A stretch of DNA of 64,000 nucleotides, taken from the NCBI GenBank assembly GCA_002633005.1, contig NMRA01000800.1, positions 62,001-126,000 on the forward strand, written 5' to 3'. A model generated the notes under the pieces. The model did no database searches. It was not told the DNA's origin and worked only from the letters and a program-made list of their open reading frames with translations. Both the position numbers and the translations under genes were made by a program. Source of the DNA: Phoronis australis (Eukaryota; Animalia; Phoronida). Numbering within the stretch: the stretch's first letter is position 1; every line of letters begins with the position of its first letter. Shown here piece after piece: positions 61,990-64,000 of the stretch.

Positions 61990-63507
61990 GTAAGGCTTTT
62001 TACATCATTCGGCAAATCATGTAAATAATTTTCCAAGGAATCTCGCAATCCTCTTTACAGCAGTGGTGTGGCGTAGTTTGCAGAGCTTGGTTGGCTTCTT
62101 TGAGTGCGACCGGGTAACAAAAGCCCACTTGTCAGTGTCTTGTCATTTTCGCAATCCAAGATGGCCGACAGTATGACTGGTGCATGTATGAAAAAGATCT
62201 TGACACGGTTTACTATGATTCCATTGTCAAGAAGTTCTTTGTTTATGTTAGCAAATGGAAATAGCTAGAAGGATTCAAATTCAACTTAGAACGCAAATTT
62301 AAAAAAAAAGATATACATGCACGTACATGTATGTTGTGTGTAAGCTTAAGCGTATGTGTGTACTTGTGTTGGCGTGTGAAAGTATGCGTGTATGCATGCG
62401 TGTCTGCACATGTACATGAATGTATGTGTATATGCCCGATAACAGGATTAGATACTACCTTCTGGAGCTTCATCCGCTGTAATGTACTACGACAAATGCT
62501 TATATGTATGAATATACACAAAAAGACGTCATAGACGAACCAAAGCGGCTTGCCGCCAACGGATGTGAAGTCTACCGTAAAAACACGCGCGTTACACAGC
62601 CACGCTGACGTGGATTTATGTCCTGCAACTTTTTGGTCATACTACTTAGGAAAGTTTTATCCGATACTTACATGCATCGGAAGGCATCATTTTGAGCTTA
62701 GTAATCCATAACTCATGGTAAATTTGTGTCTTTGTGTTTATGCATGAATAAGGTTTGCTGCAAGTAAAACCTGTTCTAAACTTTTTTCAATCCATCGATC
62801 ATTCATTTTGTTTAACCACGAAGGGTTTGGTTAAAATATGTAGTTACCTTAAAATCCCGAATGTGAGTTAATGTGTTCATATTAGGCGAAGTAATGCATT
62901 TTCTGGAGACCTTTAAAATGTAAATTTTCTCTATATGAAGCTATGGTCTCGCATTCGAATATGAGGCTGTTGGTTCGGGTGTAAGGCCAGTCATATTTTC
63001 CTTGCTTTTTCCATTCATTCAAGACTTGTTGCGTTGTATGCCGGGTGGTTTTACAGTGAAACGTTCTATCGTGCAAAGTCTCTTCTGTATAAATTTCAGT
63101 TGAATTGCTTTGCTACCTGAATTTTCCTCATCTGCGTGCTTGGGCAGTTTCTAGGGCATCTTGAAATGTCACTGCAAGCTGCGGGCCAAAATAGGCCTCG
63201 GCAGCTGCCTTGGAAAGGGAAACGTCACTGCACAATTTTTGGGCAGCTGCTTGTACCTGTCTGAAAGGTTCGTTTTGCTTGGCTGACCTGGTAATTCAAC
63301 AAAACACAATCTGTGATTTTGGGTATAGTCTTTGCCCGTTGGTTTTTATTTGGATTCACCCTTAGTTTGTTCTGTTCGATTTTGTCTAGACGGCAAGTAT
63401 AACACAGATGCTAAGTCGTCTTTATTGTTGACAGCTTCGTGACAGCATTTTATTGGAACAAAGTATATACAAACCTACTCATGATCAGCTGCACTCGTGT
63501 GTATAGT

Positions 63508-64000
63508 CATAGGCGGATTTAGGGGGGGGCAGGGGGCCCGGGCCNNNNNCCCCCCCCCCCCTTGGCTGCCGCAAAAAAATAAAAAAGTAAGAGCGTAGGG
63601 AAATGGTGAGTTTAAACCCCGGTAATTAAAACTATACGGATGAAAAAAGATTTAAATGTGTGCAGTTTTAGTGTTGGGGGGGCTCAAATCCAATTTCAAG
63701 TGTCAAATTCGGAACACCGCGCATTCGTAACGAAACTATGGCTAAGTATAGGCTCTCCCGCGATATTCCAGGCGACCGGCAGTGGCGCTGCGCACTACGA
63801 CTCCGTTTCCGTCGTCTGCTCCACAGTGCAATGAAAGAAATTTACTTCATTTTTTAAAGAAAATGGAACCTGAGTTACGATGAAAAAACAGAAGCTGCTG
63901 GTAAAATGTGAATTTTAATAGAAACTTATGTGAATCACTCAGAAACTCGCAATACTCTCTTTGTCAAACTTTATCTTAAGACGATTTCCAAAGCAATCCC
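63508..64000. mobile_element. Second copy of the 45028-46047 MITE, running off the window
   Basis: Starts CATAGGCGGATTTAGGGGGGG and is colinear with 45028-45522. Confidence 0.92.

Overview
Eukaryotic (metazoan, probably marine invertebrate; the taxon cannot be fixed from the sequence) genomic DNA, AT-rich, with assembly Ns at about 7582, 30239, 39747 and 63545. One host gene runs through the window on the + strand. I can read nine GT-AG exons (2869-3150, 6284-6409, 21065-21181, 26437-26649, 34848-35069, 53476-53688, 54718-54915, 59771-59936, 61802-61989) that join in frame. They encode a mosaic extracellular protein: WSC - LDLa - LDLa - F-type lectin (N-half only) - kringle - F-type lectin - group A SRCR. 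No start or stop codon for it is identifiable in the window, and every domain boundary is a phase-1 intron. The introns are filled with decayed, heavily nested transposons: L1/Tx1, CR1/L2-type and Hero LINEs, two Gypsy-type LTR elements (one with Gmr1-like integrase-before-RT order), ISL2EU-, IS3EU-, Kolobok- and AcademX-like DNA transposons, Helentron-type (HINE) elements and 5-bp-TSD MITEs. Notable structures are an 11-kb pseudo-palindrome built by independent nested insertions, an array of seven CTCF-like motifs, and a missing lectin half-exon. All calls come from manual reading and translation; no database searches were run.
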